From the NCBI GenBank assembly GCA_002633005.1, contig NMRA01000228.1, positions 585,897-649,896 of the forward strand: a stretch of 64,000 bases of DNA, read 5' to 3'. Below, one piece after another: positions 25,401 through 53,662 of this stretch. The notes under the pieces are model-generated. The model ran no database searches, was not told the origin of the DNA, and saw nothing but the letters and a program-made list of their open reading frames with translations. The translations under genes and the position numbers were made by a program. The stretch comes from Phoronis australis. Its lineage: Eukaryota; Animalia; Phoronida. Numbering within the stretch: position 1 is the stretch's first letter; each line of letters starts with the position of its first letter.

Positions 25401-26938
25401 GGTGCCATTTTGAGGAAGATATGTGAAATCATGCATGTTGATGAATAAAAAGTCCAAGGGACACAAATCTTACAAATTTCTCCTGATACCTTCTCGTGCT
25501 AGTTTGCAAGTGTCACGTGCTAGTGTCACACGCTTCGCTCAGTCTCGTGCTAGCCTAACTCACGTGAATCAGTTGACATACTTTGCGGTTATCATGCGGG
25601 CGGTGAAAAAGTTGACGGCAACCAAAAAAGTGTAGTTGCAATTCTTCACCAAAGTTACCGTAATTGCAGTTTTTGACAGTGTGTTTGTGTTTTACCTACT
25701 GTTCACACGTAACATTGCCCACAGGTTCTCTACATTGGTTCATAAGCTTGAGGGCTGAGGCTGTGTGGGTAATTTACACATATCCATATTTTTTTCTAAA
25801 ATGGTCGGGATGTCCCTGGTATACTTATTTTATCATTCAAAAAGTAAATAGGTTGAGCAGTTCCAATACAAGGTTATTGCCTGTATGCATATGGCAGCCA
25901 CAGGCGATGTACTACAAATTGAGGTTGACTGAGAATCGATTGCATATGAATGGCTGAATTGATAATGTTCTTTGTTTACGATTTAAGATGATGTGATTTG
26001 TTCGTCAAATAATGACTGGATTATGCGCAGTGCTGTGATGAGCAATAGTCGGATATAACGTGTCCATATTTTGTGAACGAGTTTGATGCCCATTATTTAG
26101 TGCACAAAACTGGTTCTCAAAATAAGTGCTTGTTATATCCGACCATTGCCTGTGATGAGTAGTTGAACTATATTTTCAAAATCATGTTTCACCTTGTTAA
26201 GCATTTCATGACTTGATACTTTCTTTTCCAGGCATTGGGCAACACGTTTGCTGTCTCCCAAGCACGTCTTCTTCACCTGACACCCTCTTGTTTTGCTGCC
26301 AAACAAGTAAGAATTTGGTGGAGACAGAACTCTCACTGCTGCTCTGTGTGGATATGCAATAGAAATGTCATCAGTTGCATTCTAGTGGGAGTTAGTTTCG
26401 GTTAACGATAGTTTTGAAAAGTGTTGCTCTTTCTTAATAAGCTGGAAACGGTATCAAACTCCAGTCATGTTAATCAGATTCACATTCGCGAAACTAATTC
26501 CAAACCAGTGCAGGGCTTCTTCCACTTGTCGACTATCCTTAGTTGTTTTACTATGCATTTCACATAGCTTTATATTGCTCATATTTTGTTGTAAGCAGCT
26601 TTCTAGTACATCGCCTGTATTTGCCCGGGTTTGAGTTTTTGACTCATTTCAACAGCTTCTTAGTATTGGCTTTATTGGATGAATCATCCTGGATGCAATT
26701 TTGTGAAAAAGTTGCAACAGAAATAATTTCTGAATAAGAATCACCTGTTGTTGATTTGGTTATCTTCCTCTGTTTTTCCTTGGTAAAAGTCTCACCAGAT
26801 TCACCTAATTCTTGTAGTGAACATTACATTATCAATGATTTTTGTTCTCCTCTCACTCAGACACACTACTCATCATGTGTGTGTAGTTCTAAGGCAGGGG
26901 ACTGAGAATTGTTCTTCTGGTCAGAGACTGGTGTAAGT

Positions 26939-28834
26939 CAGGGCTCGACATAACGAGCTGCAGGTCGCATTTGCGAAATTTGGAAATGCGAGCTGAGATT
27001 TTTGTCAGCTCGTATCAAGTCGCAAAATGCGACCTGGAATTTCCAACGAATGCGAGCTGAGTTTTTACACTTCTCAACAGATACCTGGCAAATACAAAGC
27101 AGCTCTTGTTAATCCGACCGTTATTTGGTTGTTGCCAAATCCAAGTTCAAAAGAACACTAACTGAGAACAGCCCTCCCGATGACTTGTAAGCAAGTCGCG
27201 TGAACATGGGATTTATATGCAAAATCGATCTTTGACGCGTTTCATTGGCTAACACTTTCGGCCACTTTTGTAAATTCCCGGATTCGCCGAAGAAAGTTTC
27301 GGGCCACAGCTTAACACGTGATAAAACTTCACAAAACAACGGTGTTTCTACTAATTCTTAAGCGATCAACTTACCAAACTTTGTGGTGGACAAAAATGTT
27401 TATTTTTCACATAAGATGTCCTTATTACATTTACCAAATATCCACGACAATATCCCTGATATCGCACTGCAGGACCGCCGCGCGCAAGCGGTCCCGGCAG
27501 ACAATCGTGACTTAGACTGAGATGTGCTTCTCCTTTTTATCGCATTAAGACAACCAAAGTGAAAATGACAACCTTATTAATCGCCAAACGACGGTCACGT
27601 CTTTACTTTCAGTTGCCAAGAAATTCTCAAACCCTTCACTTGTTTATGGGGCTACGTGCGCGAAATATGATTTGTCTTTCACACGTTGTTGCCAACGTAA
27701 AGTGTAGGCCTACTCCAGGGATTCAAGTGCGTGAACTCACGCGTGCGCACCACTTCAAAGAACAGCGACAGTCCTAAATGAAAGAGTATACCGGCTTGGC
27801 TCTGGTTTATTTGAAAATGAACTCAGATTCCCAGCGGTTATAAATGACCCGATGTCCCGGGACCGATATAACCCAGAACTGACGTTTTCCNNNNNNNNNN
27901 NNNNNNNNNNNNNNNNNNNNNNNNNNNNNNNNNNNNNNNNNNNNNNNNNNNNNNNNNNNNNNNNNNNNNNNNNNNNNNNNNNNNNNNNNNNNNNNNNNNN
28001 NNNNNNNNNNNNNNNNNNNNNNNNNNNNNNNNNNNNNNNNNNNNNNNNNNNNNNNNNNNNNNNNNNNNNNNNNNNNNNNNNNNNNNNNNNNNNNNNNNNN
28101 NNNNNNNNNNNNNNNNNNNNNNNNNNNNNNNNNNNNNNNNNNNNNNNNNNNNNNNNNNNNNNNNNNNNNNNNNNNNNNNNNNNNNTATGGTGTGTCACTT
28201 TCATTTTACACAACTTCAGTTTTCAAAAACGTCTTTTCACAATATGTAAAAACCAAATCCCGGCTTTGTTTTATACCTCGGAAAGAAAGTTAACACTAGT
28301 GACATGCGTGTCGTTTTGTGACTGACCTATTTTTCCCGTACTTGGAAGGTATTGAGGAGCAAACTCGCCATTACCCGAGTTATTTTGAATCGTTAACGAC
28401 TTTGATGACAGCCAGTAGCAGGCCAGATCTAACAAAATCCCAGATACTTTTTCAACGGGCATTTTCTCCCTTTTCACATTGCAAATTTAGCTACTCGAAT
28501 GCACAAGTCAGTTAGAGAGCACTGATTCAACTTTCACGTCGGCAACTTGCCTTGGGCTCTAGAGTCTTTCAATGGCGGTCGTGAAGCACAGTAAGGCCGT
28601 ACCTGCATGAATGAAGTCAATTTTGAGATCCGAAATTTGTATTTAACGCTGCAGGTAAGAGCATAATCTAAACATTTTCTCGATGATCTAAAAAATCTAT
28701 TTTGGCGCGTAAAAATGGCGGGAAAATTTTGCGACCTGGCATTTACGAATGCGAGGTGGATTTTGAAAATGCGACCTGGGATTTTGGCTAGGTCGCAAAA
28801 TGCGACCTGGCGATTTTAATAGCGTCGAGCCCTG
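26939..28834. mobile_element. hAT-like non-autonomous transposon, TIR CAGGGCTCGAC, probable 5-bp TSD (taagt/taaat)
   Basis: 11-bp TIRs; subterminal tgcgacctg/caggtcgca repeats at both ends; spans a gap; its right end recurs at 59773-59847. Confidence 0.8.
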
Positions 28835-29061
28835 TAAATCGTAGTTGGAATTTAGAGGCATGGCCATGGAATCATTTTCAACCTTGAAACAAGCGATACA
28901 TTTTACTTTAGCTTGATTAAATAACTCTTGTTTGAAACTTTGTCATTGGTCTTTTCACAGTTGATTACTAGCAGTGAAGCAACGGTGACCTTATTTTTTT
29001 CTATCAAATCTGATGTAATACAAAGCAATATTTAGTTGGATTGTTGTCATTGACTTTTCAG

Positions 29062-43574
<14,513 letters not shown>

Positions 43575-45644
43575 TTAAGGGAGACCTTGAGTGTACCAAG
43601 ATGGAATAATGCAATTATTTATAGTAAATGTTACTAATGGAAGTACCTCAGCATATCAAGCCATTGCTGCAACAGAAAACTAGTGTATTTATGTGCTTTT
43701 AACAGTTGTATGAAACTGTTATAGGAATGCTCACTGTGTGAAATGATTCGGGTTTATTGGACAATCCTAGTGTAACAGTTTGTTTGGTGTGATGGCAGTT
43801 TTACTTCAGTTGTTTGTGAAAATCAATTCAACCGTAAAATGTATTGAGTCACTATATGTTAAATACTCTTGGAAATAATGCTGTGAACATAATATTAGCA
43901 TGGAGAATTGAATTCAAGTTATTAGAACACAATCAACTATTTTAGGACAAATTAGGGTGCTGTTTTGAGCATTTAGCCTTTTCAAAATTGAATTTTCAAT
44001 GAGTTGCTGTGAATAATCTATATAGTGATTGAGTCACTTTTTAAGTGTATTATTTATTTTAGTCAATAAATTCAATCTAGAAATTAGTTTAAAAATTGTT
44101 TTGCTTTTTTCATTCACAATTTTCTAATGATGTAAGCACAAGTTGAGCAGGTCTGGTCAAAGTTATCGGTCATTTTGATTTGTCCTTTTTTGGCTGTATA
44201 GTCTTGTGTTCTTGTAGGAATACAAAACTTAAAAATTTCCACTCCAACGTTGGTCACACTTAATTTTTTATCTAGGCCTTCTGATAACTTCAGCCATTTT
44301 ACTTTTTAGTCATCATTACATTATTGTATAAAGTAATTCTCCACTTTTTTCGTTTAAAAATAACTGCCAAAATTCCCTTTTTTACAATTTTCCAAGGCTG
44401 ATTATTTTGCTGCTTGTGCAAACTTCACCAAATGTTGTTTTATGACGTTTACAAATTACAAGTCTATGCACGTATACATTAAAATTTCTTATCCTTTACT
44501 TTTGTGAAAAAAATTGACAAAATATAATTTCTTTTGTCGGCCATATTGTGTGCTAAGTAACTGAAGAATTACTGAAACTTTTTTTAATTACCGGAAAAAA
44601 AGACATTTTGATGATTGGCATTTTTCGTTAATTTTGGTGGTAAATAGACCTTTTTTACAAATGATTAAATGTGATGCAAAATTGACCAATAGATCTCTAG
44701 TTATTTTGCCTAGTGTTTCAATTCACCCACGAGGTCATTGAGATCAGATTGACACCACCTGAAGCAGTGCTTTCTGCCAAAAAACACGGAATTTTCAAAT
44801 TATGATTAAGAACACTTACCGTTATAGAATTGGTCTCAATTTGTTTATTAGCCAAAATAGGTGCAATTTCTGGGCTTTGGAAAAACTGATAGTTCATTAT
44901 TTATTTAGACCAAGATCATAAATCTTCAAACTCTTTAAATGCATTTATATTATATCTACCTCATGTGCAACTTATTTGGGACAACTTTTACTACATGGCA
45001 AATCTAAATCAACCATTTTCGGGCCTTTTCATTGTTGATGGATTTGGCAATTCATAACAACTACTGTTACTTAGCATATGAGTCGATTTGCAAAAACTGC
45101 ACTTATTTTAAAGTCTGTTTACAATGTACATGTGTCTTGACCTTTTATTTTCTATGAAATGACGATATCAGTTTTCCCATATCCTTGAAAATTGTTGTAA
45201 AAAGAGATTTTGATATTTGTCCTAAATTGAGGATCAACCAAACCTTTTTTTGCAAATATATGACGAACCACTAAAAGTGTCATTTTGTACGACATACCGG
45301 GTATGCAAATTTCAATTCACCGAGGTTAACGTAAATATTAAAGTTTGTCTAAGCAGTCATAAACAAAACAGCTTTTAACTTAAACAACTTACAGTTGTGG
45401 GATTTGTTAACTTAATAGAGGATATCAGGGCTTTGAAAGAACTGACAATTTGAAATATTCTTTGTCAACACAACCCTCTTGCTTGCGTCAACATATAATT
45501 ATGTAGTTGCAAATTTTCTACACATAATGTGGGGAGGTGACTGCAAGACGAGGCCCTTGTTGTGGACGGAGCCTTATGCTGTACCTTGCATATGTTCATA
45601 GATGCCAACCTGGCACTGATCAAATGGCACTCACATTTCCAAGT

Positions 45645-46565
45645 TGATGTCTGCACCCAACTCTCATGGTCTCCCCACATTAACCTCATCTCAAATAAAC
45701 TTAACAATCTCGGTGGACTCTTATACAAATTGAAATCTTATCTTCCTCTTCCAGCTCTCAAGTTGATATTTAATTCACTTGTCCTTCCACATTTAAACTA
45801 TGGCATTGCAACTTGGGGTTTTGGCAACACTAAGAAACTTCAAACAGCCCAGAAAAGAATCCTTACTAATATATCAAATTCCAGTTATAATGCTCACTCT
45901 CTGCCCATATGTAAGGAACTTCGCCTCCCTCTAGTTCAAGACATCTTTAAAATCTCAACTGCAAAATTTTACTACAAATTCCTCAATAATCAGCTTCCTA
46001 AGTATTTTTACACTAACAACTTCTTTAGTAAACCCATCCAATATAAGCCAACCAGACACATTAAAACTCCTACATACCTGAATCAATACTCAGCTACTAT
46101 ACCGACAATACAACCCAAAATTTTAATTCCTCCGTCCAACAAATTGTCATCAAGAGCCTGTATTAGATTTCAGATTACTCGACTTATAAACAACAACGAA
46201 ATACCTGTCTCTGCTCTAAATATAATAAAAACGCATTCTTTGCAAGCATTCTCCAGGTTCTTAACCAATTTAATTATTAGCAACTACGATCCAGTTTGTC
46301 ATATTTCCAACTGCTTCATATGTAACAGTATCTAATTATATTCTCAAAATCTCCTGAGCTGTGCCAGTTTACTTCTTGGTTCCTGGTGTGTCGGTCGTTT
46401 TCAGCACTAATTCACTGTTTTCTTAAGTATTCCTACTGATTTTTGCATTTCCATTTGTTTATCTTGTACAGGGGACCTTCTAATTAGCGGTCAATAACCT
46501 TTAGAAGGCCTCCTAATTGAAATCAAATTTTAATCAATGTATTATTATTATGTAATGTAAATAAA
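45645..46565 (+). mobile_element. 5'-truncated CR1/L2-clade LINE: ORF2 C-terminus plus 3' UTR
   Basis: Open frame LSWSPHINLISNKL..GLLYKLKSYLP..ALKLIFNSLVLPHLNYGIATWG..KLQTAQKR...CHISNCFIC* (to 46335); 3' stem-loop ccttcta...tagaagg and AATAAA at ~46560. Confidence 0.85.
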
Positions 46566-47878
46566 AGCGTTTTCCCTCATGTGAAAAACTGTCCCACCCA
46601 ACTAGTAGCCAAGAGAATGTTCCAGATATTTTGCCATACAAGCACTCCCTCTGTGTCCCATACCCACATTATCTTTGTAATTCTAGGTATAGGTATTCTG
46701 AATGTGAAAAGACTACTCAAAAGTAGAACATATCTCTGACTTGACATAGGACATCCATAACGTAAGAGTACTAGTAAGGTTAAAAACAAAATGTACTTGA
46801 ATTAGACTAATCTTCACTACAATTAAGTGATAACAAAATTTGTCATTTTTGCATTTAATAATACATCTTTGCAATATATACATTAACATACACACAGGCA
46901 AGCACTAAAGTTTAAAGAGAAAATCATCAACCAAGAAATTTGATTTAAAAATTTGGATCATGTTCAGAATTCAGTCAAAATAAATTGCACCGCTTAGAGA
47001 AAAGCTGGAAACAACACCATTGGTGTGGCATGGGTGTTACCAGGTCCTCACTCGCAAGTGCCTCAGCTTCAATTCTCAAAAAGAATATTTTGTAGGATCA
47101 AAGAAACTTACATTTCCATTTTTAAGATGTGTCAATAAAATTCAACTTCCATAAGAAGAAGTGCAAGAAAATGAAAACGGTCAAGTATCCATTCCAGTCT
47201 TTCTATATTCCAATCTGCCAAGATACAAACATTTTTCAACACAACAGGTTCAGTAAGCCCAATCAACAAAATTAAAAGTGACAGCCAGCTACAAAAGCTG
47301 ATTGTCTTGTTGAAATTCCTGATGAGCAAATTTTGCCAAGTTTCAATATTCTGCCAAACAGTTATTTTCGAGGAACGAAGAGAAAAATGGGTAGAATCCA
47401 TCACTAATGACCTTTTAAAAGCATTCAGATACTTTTGTTCCTCAAATAATAACAGACACTTTGTGTGTACAATCACAAAAGGAGAATGGTAGTTAAATCG
47501 AGTATACCTGGTGTGATGGAGCATTCAAGACAAAGAGCCTTCACTTCTTCATACCATACAGACTACAGAAATGTTAAAATTTACACCTTTGACAAACTTC
47601 AAAATTGATTTGAACAATGCATCATGCTTTCTGTGAAAAATACAACAATAAAAGCAGATCTGTACAAACCACTTAATATAAAAGCATAAAAAAGACATCA
47701 TGACAATTTGTGGTGCATGCTACAAGAAACAAAAACGAGCATTGTTCCCCTCTGTTCTTCCAAGCAATGACATAATGCGTGACTTCAGAAGAATATATAA
47801 AATCTAAACCTCTCAAAAAAGTTTGAAAATCAATGTTTGACTGTCGATATTTTTTGTTATTTTTTTTATCCAACTAAT

Positions 47879-48025
47879 TAGTGTTGTGTACCAATTGAAT
47901 AGTGTTGTGCACCAATTGAATAGTGTTGTGCACCAATTGAATAGTGTTGTGCACCAATTGAATAGTGTTGTGTACCAATTGAATAGTGTTGTGTACCAAT
48001 TGAATAGTGTTGTGTACCAATTGAA
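47879..48025. repeat. 21-bp minisatellite x7 (tagtgttgtg[ct]accaattgaa)
   Basis: Direct tandem units. Confidence 0.95.
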
Positions 48026-48266
48026 AGTTCATTTCTTCTTTCAAACCATGCCACTTGTTATCACAACCCATTCCTAAAAATCAACTAACCTGCTGTTGAG
48101 CAGGGCTAGGTGTTGAAGTGAAACGTGCAAATACTGGCTTTATGACCAAGTATTTTTAACAACAGAGGGCATCTGTTGATGTTAAAATTTTGACAATCAC
48201 TGAAATGAGAAATTTATTAACACAGGTGTCGTCAGTCTCTGCAGTTGCGTCATTATTGTTGCTGTG

Positions 48267-48504
48267 TTCACAGCTACTATGTACCTCCTCTGATACAGTA
48301 CTTCCTCTGATACAGTACTTCCTCTGATACAGTACTTCCCCTGATACAGTACTTCCTCTGATACAGTACATCCTCTGATACAGTACTTCCTCAGCCAAGC
48401 TATGTGCACAGCTACTATGTACCTCCTCTGATACAGTACTTCCTCTGATACAGTACTTCCTCTGATACAGTACCTCCTCTGATACAGTACTTCCTCAGCC
48501 AAGC
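48267..48504. repeat. Compound 17-bp minisatellite (cctctgatacagtactt) inside a higher-order duplication
   Basis: Two blocks, each cacagctactatgta-(17-mer)n-cctcagccaagct. Confidence 0.92.
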
Positions 48505-49112
48505 TGTTCTGCATATTGCCTGACATCTTTCTTTATTGACTTGAAACAGCGGTTCTTGGTTAAATCTTAAAATGCTAAAATTATACAGCAGTACCACATC
48601 AACAAGCTAAATAACAGAAGACGTGCGAACATGTGAAGATCTTCGTCACACTTACTGCGTCTGCTGTCTCCAGTATTGCACCGACTTTGACATCAGTCGC
48701 ATTTGTAATAAATCCTTGAAAATTTGCAAAAGTGTATGAATTTTATTCAAATGGATTAGGAAATAACTGCTTTTGATATGATGCATAATTAACTTAGCAC
48801 AAATGTGCATCTTCAAGTTTCATTACATGCTCCGTTTACCAGCCCGTTTGCTAACATTTAAAAAGTTAAAAATAAAGAAAGCTGAAATTAGCAATTTTGA
48901 TTTTAACACCTAGCCCAGGTTAGTTAGGATATTAAGATGAAAAGCAAGTACTATGGTTCAAAAGAATCAATTTTTCATGATGATATACTGCACTTGACAA
49001 TTATATAGAAAATAATAAATAATGACAGCCAAACGTGTTTATGTATGAGCAATATTAATAAATAGCAAAGAGTATGTGTACAAATGTAAATAAGTAAATA
49101 ATATATTACGAA

Positions 49113-49300
49113 CTAAAAGTGTGGCAAACAGACTTTGCCAGCAAACAACTCTGAAATGACAGTGATCCAGAGAGCCAATACAAAGAATATGTAGGAGACT
49201 CCCACTTGAAAGCTGTTGGGGAGTTGATAAGGCTGTCCACCGATCTGATCCATGTCAAATCCAACAGGAAACATCACAGCGGCAATGCAGAAGAAGATCA
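49113..49300 (-). CDS. MOSMO: MOSMO exon 3
   Basis: ctgtttacag acceptor; ends GKVCLPHF*. Confidence 0.92.
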
Positions 49301-52300
49301 CTGTAAACAGAAAGGACGTGATTTTTTCCGCAAATTTTTATTTAAAGTGTATATGTCAGGTTACATAAGATTTTTTATTTTATTGCATAAGGACAGTCAA
49401 ACGATCCCAAACATGGAGTCAAAGTTGCATTGTTTGCGAACAGCAGGACAGGAGGACTATGACACAAGAACAAGCACGGTCAAGTAAGAGCTTACAATCC
49501 TCTTGATGTACCCCTCATTGAATTATCAGACATACACATTTGCATAAAAAGCATCTGTAGCTCAAGAATTACGTTCACATATCAGTGATTCATTAAATAC
49601 AAATAACCAGTAAACAGAGCGCCTCCTTGAGGAGGGTGAGGACAACTCACACACACTGACTCACCAGCTACAAAACCTGCCCAGCGTGCCCCTTGCATGA
49701 CGGAGTACTTCCAATAAGAGCCAATCAGCAGAACAATAGTGACGGTGACACAACAGATGCCCACCAAAATACATAGAAATGTCAAAACAAACTCTGCTCG
49801 CATGGGCTGTGGGCTGACGCAGATCTCATCACGATCCAGAAACGTCATGCAAGTCATCAAAAGGCCAATGTGCGTTTTTCCTCCTAGGACAACAAAGAAA
49901 AGTCAACAAACCACCTCGCAAATGTCATGCTGCCACTGTTAAGATTATGTAGGATGATAGAAAAATGCCCAGATTTGGCCCATTTTAGAACATCGTATCT
50001 CGAATTCATATGAAACTTTCAAACACTGTGCATTATGCACAGATTTTGTAATGTTCTGCATTTAAATGAGGGCTATCAAAAAGACTGAACTTTCATGAAA
50101 AAAATCAAAAATTGCATAGAATGACAATGAAATTATCATTTTGAAAACTGTAGCAGCCATTTTTTACCTTTCATCTACATCATATATCAAACCAAATTTG
50201 AAAATATTATGTCTCAATGTATCAATGAAGCCAAACTATGTTTTCTTATGCCAGTGTCTCAACTTATTTTACTGACCTACTTGCATATTTATGACAAAAC
50301 ACTGAAAGGAAGATAATCACTTTTGTCCGAGCATATGTACCTAGCTTTTTGCTCAAACCTGTAAATACAAATCACTATGACAATAGCCTACACAGTTAAC
50401 TGCCTAATTTGTACCCAATCTCTTGTTCATAATATGTAACTTTTTCCTTACTTGATGTTTTGTGAACTTTACCAAAAAGTAAATCGATTGAGCATTCCCA
50501 TTACAAGGAAAGGCGATATATTGCCCTTAGGACATAAAATTTGAGCACCTAGATGGTCAAATTTCACCATTGGGTCTCAAAATTTGAGCGTGGCATCCCA
50601 CCACGCTAAAAAAGCCTGCGGAAGTATGCTAAATGATTTTGAAAAGTCCCTAAAGCAAAGCATCACGCGCCCCTCCCCTCAATGTGAGTATACCAACCCT
50701 AATAAAGTAAACTTATGATGTAAAACACGATGTACATAGCAGGCAAGTAGACTGTGTAAGGTCCAGACATGAAGTAATATTTGACAGGTTAGAGGCGATA
50801 AGGAATACACTGTAAGTTTGAGACATTGGATCTATAAATATTGAAGACTACTTACCGAGAGGACTATTTCATTTACAGGAATATGTAATTATGCTACATA
50901 GTAATATCATACTACAACAAGGTACTAAATGCAATTCCCCGCAGTGATCTTAAAGGAGAATGCCACCCAAAAAACAACCTATTTAGTATCAATTTAGAAC
51001 CAGTAGGTCTACTCGACAACGGCACGTTCAGTTGTGTTACCTGACACCTGACGGCAGATGGAGGTGTTGAAATTATCCAATGACGTAATTGGTTTCACAC
51101 GCAGTCTGTTAAGCAATTCACAATATGGGTTACTGGTGTCAGCTTATCGCTTGAATTCATCGTTTAACATCAATAAATCATCAAACTTCGATGTAAAACC
51201 ATTAAAAATACACCGAGTTCTTATAAAAACGTGTTGTTTTATTTAGCTGGTACGGATTTACTGGTATTTGGCAACACCGTAGCCTATAAAGTTCGGCAGG
51301 CCAATTTACCATAGGTCCGCAGCACTGAGGAGTTTGGGGTCTGTTCGGAGATAAATTCGAAGTATTCTTCCGTGAAATACAGACAGGAGAGCCTAGATCT
51401 GTCTTGTTATACTTGTGATTTTTTGAGTTTTAACCACACAAAACGCTTGTTATCCCGGCCAGTGGCTCGGAACCCGATCAGGCCAGTTGCGGCCGGACTG
51501 ACTCGTTATCCCGGCCATTGGCTCGAAACCCGGTCAGGCCCTTCGCGGCCGCCGGGACTAGCACGAACATAAACCAGCTTACATAGGAAACTAAGCCTCC
51601 AGTCACAAAAAGACTATAATAGGGAGCCAAAGAAATAATGTGCACGTAATTATTTATGTGAATTAGCCACGAGACTGAAAATCTACTTATTGTCAGGGGC
51701 CGCGATGTCGAGTTCCCCTTCCACAGACCGTCAGGGCAAAGGTTGTACAGTAACAATGATTTGAATAATGTATTTGTATTTCTAAATAAAGATTACCCTA
51801 ACATGTGACCATAGCATATAAAATCGAGTAATTGTTTCATAACAGCTTTCTGTCTAAATTAGCATGCGCTCACACGGCCTCCATGCCCAGTCAGTTACCT
51901 TTGTTGCCGGCATCAAAAGCCGGTAACGCAGTGGTTTATTCATAGCTGGCTTCTCAAAACACTTGCACTCACGAGCACTCCAAGGCATTACAAATTGTAT
52001 CTAATGAGACAGACTTTGTTTCAGTTTCATATAAGCATTGGTTAGGATGAGAATAATTCATTTTGAAACAGAACGCAGAATAATAAACGTCTACTAATAA
52101 ACGGCAACTCGCCCCGCGCCAATGCCGACTTAGTCAAGAGCTCAGGCGACGAACACTTCGTGGGTCGGATTGTTAGGTTTCACAGACTATCAGTTGGAAC
52201 CGGAATACACTAATCAAGAAATACTAGAGAGGCGCCGTGAACATGCACAGGCAACGGAATGTATGGATAGTTCTTTGGTAAGCCGGAATTCGTCAGAGAA

Positions 52301-53366
52301 ATCATTGTCGACGAAATGCCAACCACAGGATACACGGTGATCTTTCACGGCCACATAGGCTCATACTTGCTATTAACAGCCTACCTTTCATTCTTCACTA
52401 CCGTGAACCATTTCCTAAGCATTTCGGGCTCCCCAGGAAGTCGAAAAAACGATATACTCGTATTCTTCGCAGTTTCATAGCTCGGACAAGCGGGAACGAT
52501 GCACCGCAATACAGCGGCATTCACTCTGCAGACAAACCGCTGACATCGCTGCGTCCTTTCTCACCTTCCTCACAGGTTAACACGACATCTCTCAGCAAGG
52601 TGAGGTCAACCGTCTAAGAGGCGATGTGGATATAGACCGATTAAGACGGTAAAAAAGACTAATGAAATCGGGTGGCATTCTCCTTTAATAACAAACAGAT
52701 GGGCAAGCACAAATGGCCCTATCAGGGTGTATGTAAACGGTGGAGTCATGTTCGCGTTCGAAAATAGATGATTACTCAAGTTTCTGAGACAATGTTCCGT
52801 CCAGACATGCCTCAATAACTACGGTTTCATCACTATTTCGATACGGGTCTGGACGTAATGACAGTGCCCAGGCCTAAAGGGACAATTTTCACTCAAGTTC
52901 TGTAGAAACATATGCACCAATGTATTGGGTAACTACTTCCCCCCACCCCTGACATTTCCAAGTAGCTCCGCGTGCAATTGACACAATTCGCTTCACAAAC
53001 GGTTTACTTCCAGGGTCCTCAATCCCTCGAATATATCGGCTTCATTCCAGTGTGAAAAATATTTAAAAATCACATGAAATTACCACAGTGAGGTCCAAAA
53101 CTTCACCTCGGGTGATTAAAAATTTACCTTTCTCCTTTCGCGACATAGTAACAAAACAATGGTGATTTGTCACTGACACGACAGTGATTAGTAACAGAAC
53201 AGGGATCCATGTATCCTACTACTTAATTAACTCAATACCTACCACCCTCATAAGACTCAATCCAACGAGGAACACTTAAACTGGCAATGGCGAACAGGTC
53301 GGCAGCGAAAAACAAAGCTCCTGAGATTAAACTCAGCTTGTCCATGGCCCGCGTTGACGTAGGCAT
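49113..53366 (-). CDS. MOSMO: Modulator of smoothened (MOSMO/C16orf52), claudin-like tetraspan; 3 exons, 176 aa (169 aa from the second ATG at 53345)
   Basis: Exons 53366-53243 (MPTSTRAMDKLSLISGALFFAADLFAIASLSVPRWI), 49883-49665 (THIGLLMTC...RDEICVSP...ARWAGFVA) and 49300-49113 (IFFCIAAVMFPVGF...IGGQPYQLPN...LFAGKVCLPHF*). All GT-AG, phase 1/1. The MDKL..ISG.LF.AAD.FAIAS start and FAGKVCLP end are typical of MOSMO. Confidence 0.92.
49665..49883 (-). CDS. MOSMO: MOSMO exon 2
   Basis: cttttctttgttgtcctag acceptor, gtgagt donor; two hydrophobic helices. Confidence 0.9.
50954..52684 (-). mobile_element. Kolobok-type transposon remnant with decayed THAP domain, TTAA TSD, in MOSMO intron 1
   Basis: ttaa|aggagaatgccaccc ... 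gggtggcattctcct|ttaa. The minus strand at ~52520-52260 reads RCIVPACPSY...ISFFRLP...LRKW.../HRVSCGWHFVDNDF (THAP C2CH signature, frameshifted). Confidence 0.85.
53243..53366 (-). CDS. MOSMO: MOSMO exon 1
   Basis: In-frame ATGs at 53366 and 53345; donor gtaggt. Confidence 0.88.
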
Positions 53367-53662
53367 TTTGTCTCGAATTTCCTGTTTCACTGTCTAAATC
53401 CTTGAGGTATAAATCAGACTTGACTAAATCCGTTGATTAAAAACTAAGGTAAGTAGAGTAGGTCACAAGTTGTGGTTACTAAGATTTCATGTCCCAGCTT
53501 CCATTCGAACACAATCTTGTGATGAAGGGGTTTCAAAACCATGTTTCTCGAGCAACGAAATAAAAACTCAGTTCCACCATCTTGTAAATATTGACAAGTG
53601 CTGAGTCCTAGCGGTGGTAACTTACAATATTCGTTACGTTCTTGAATAATGTCTCTGTCTGC

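Noticed and set aside
26020-26045. CAGTGC as a possible iron-responsive element for ACO2
   Set aside because: No 5-bp upper stem or bulged C
25860-26930. Possible decayed coding sequence on the minus strand
   Set aside because: Multiple stops and no motif I can recognise
47874-48597. Repetitive ORFs (IQLVHNT, EEVLYQR)
   Set aside because: Translations of minisatellites
49878-49886. NAGNAG (TAG GAG) acceptor at MOSMO exon 2
   Set aside because: GAG acceptors are rarely used, and the effect would be loss of one Gly
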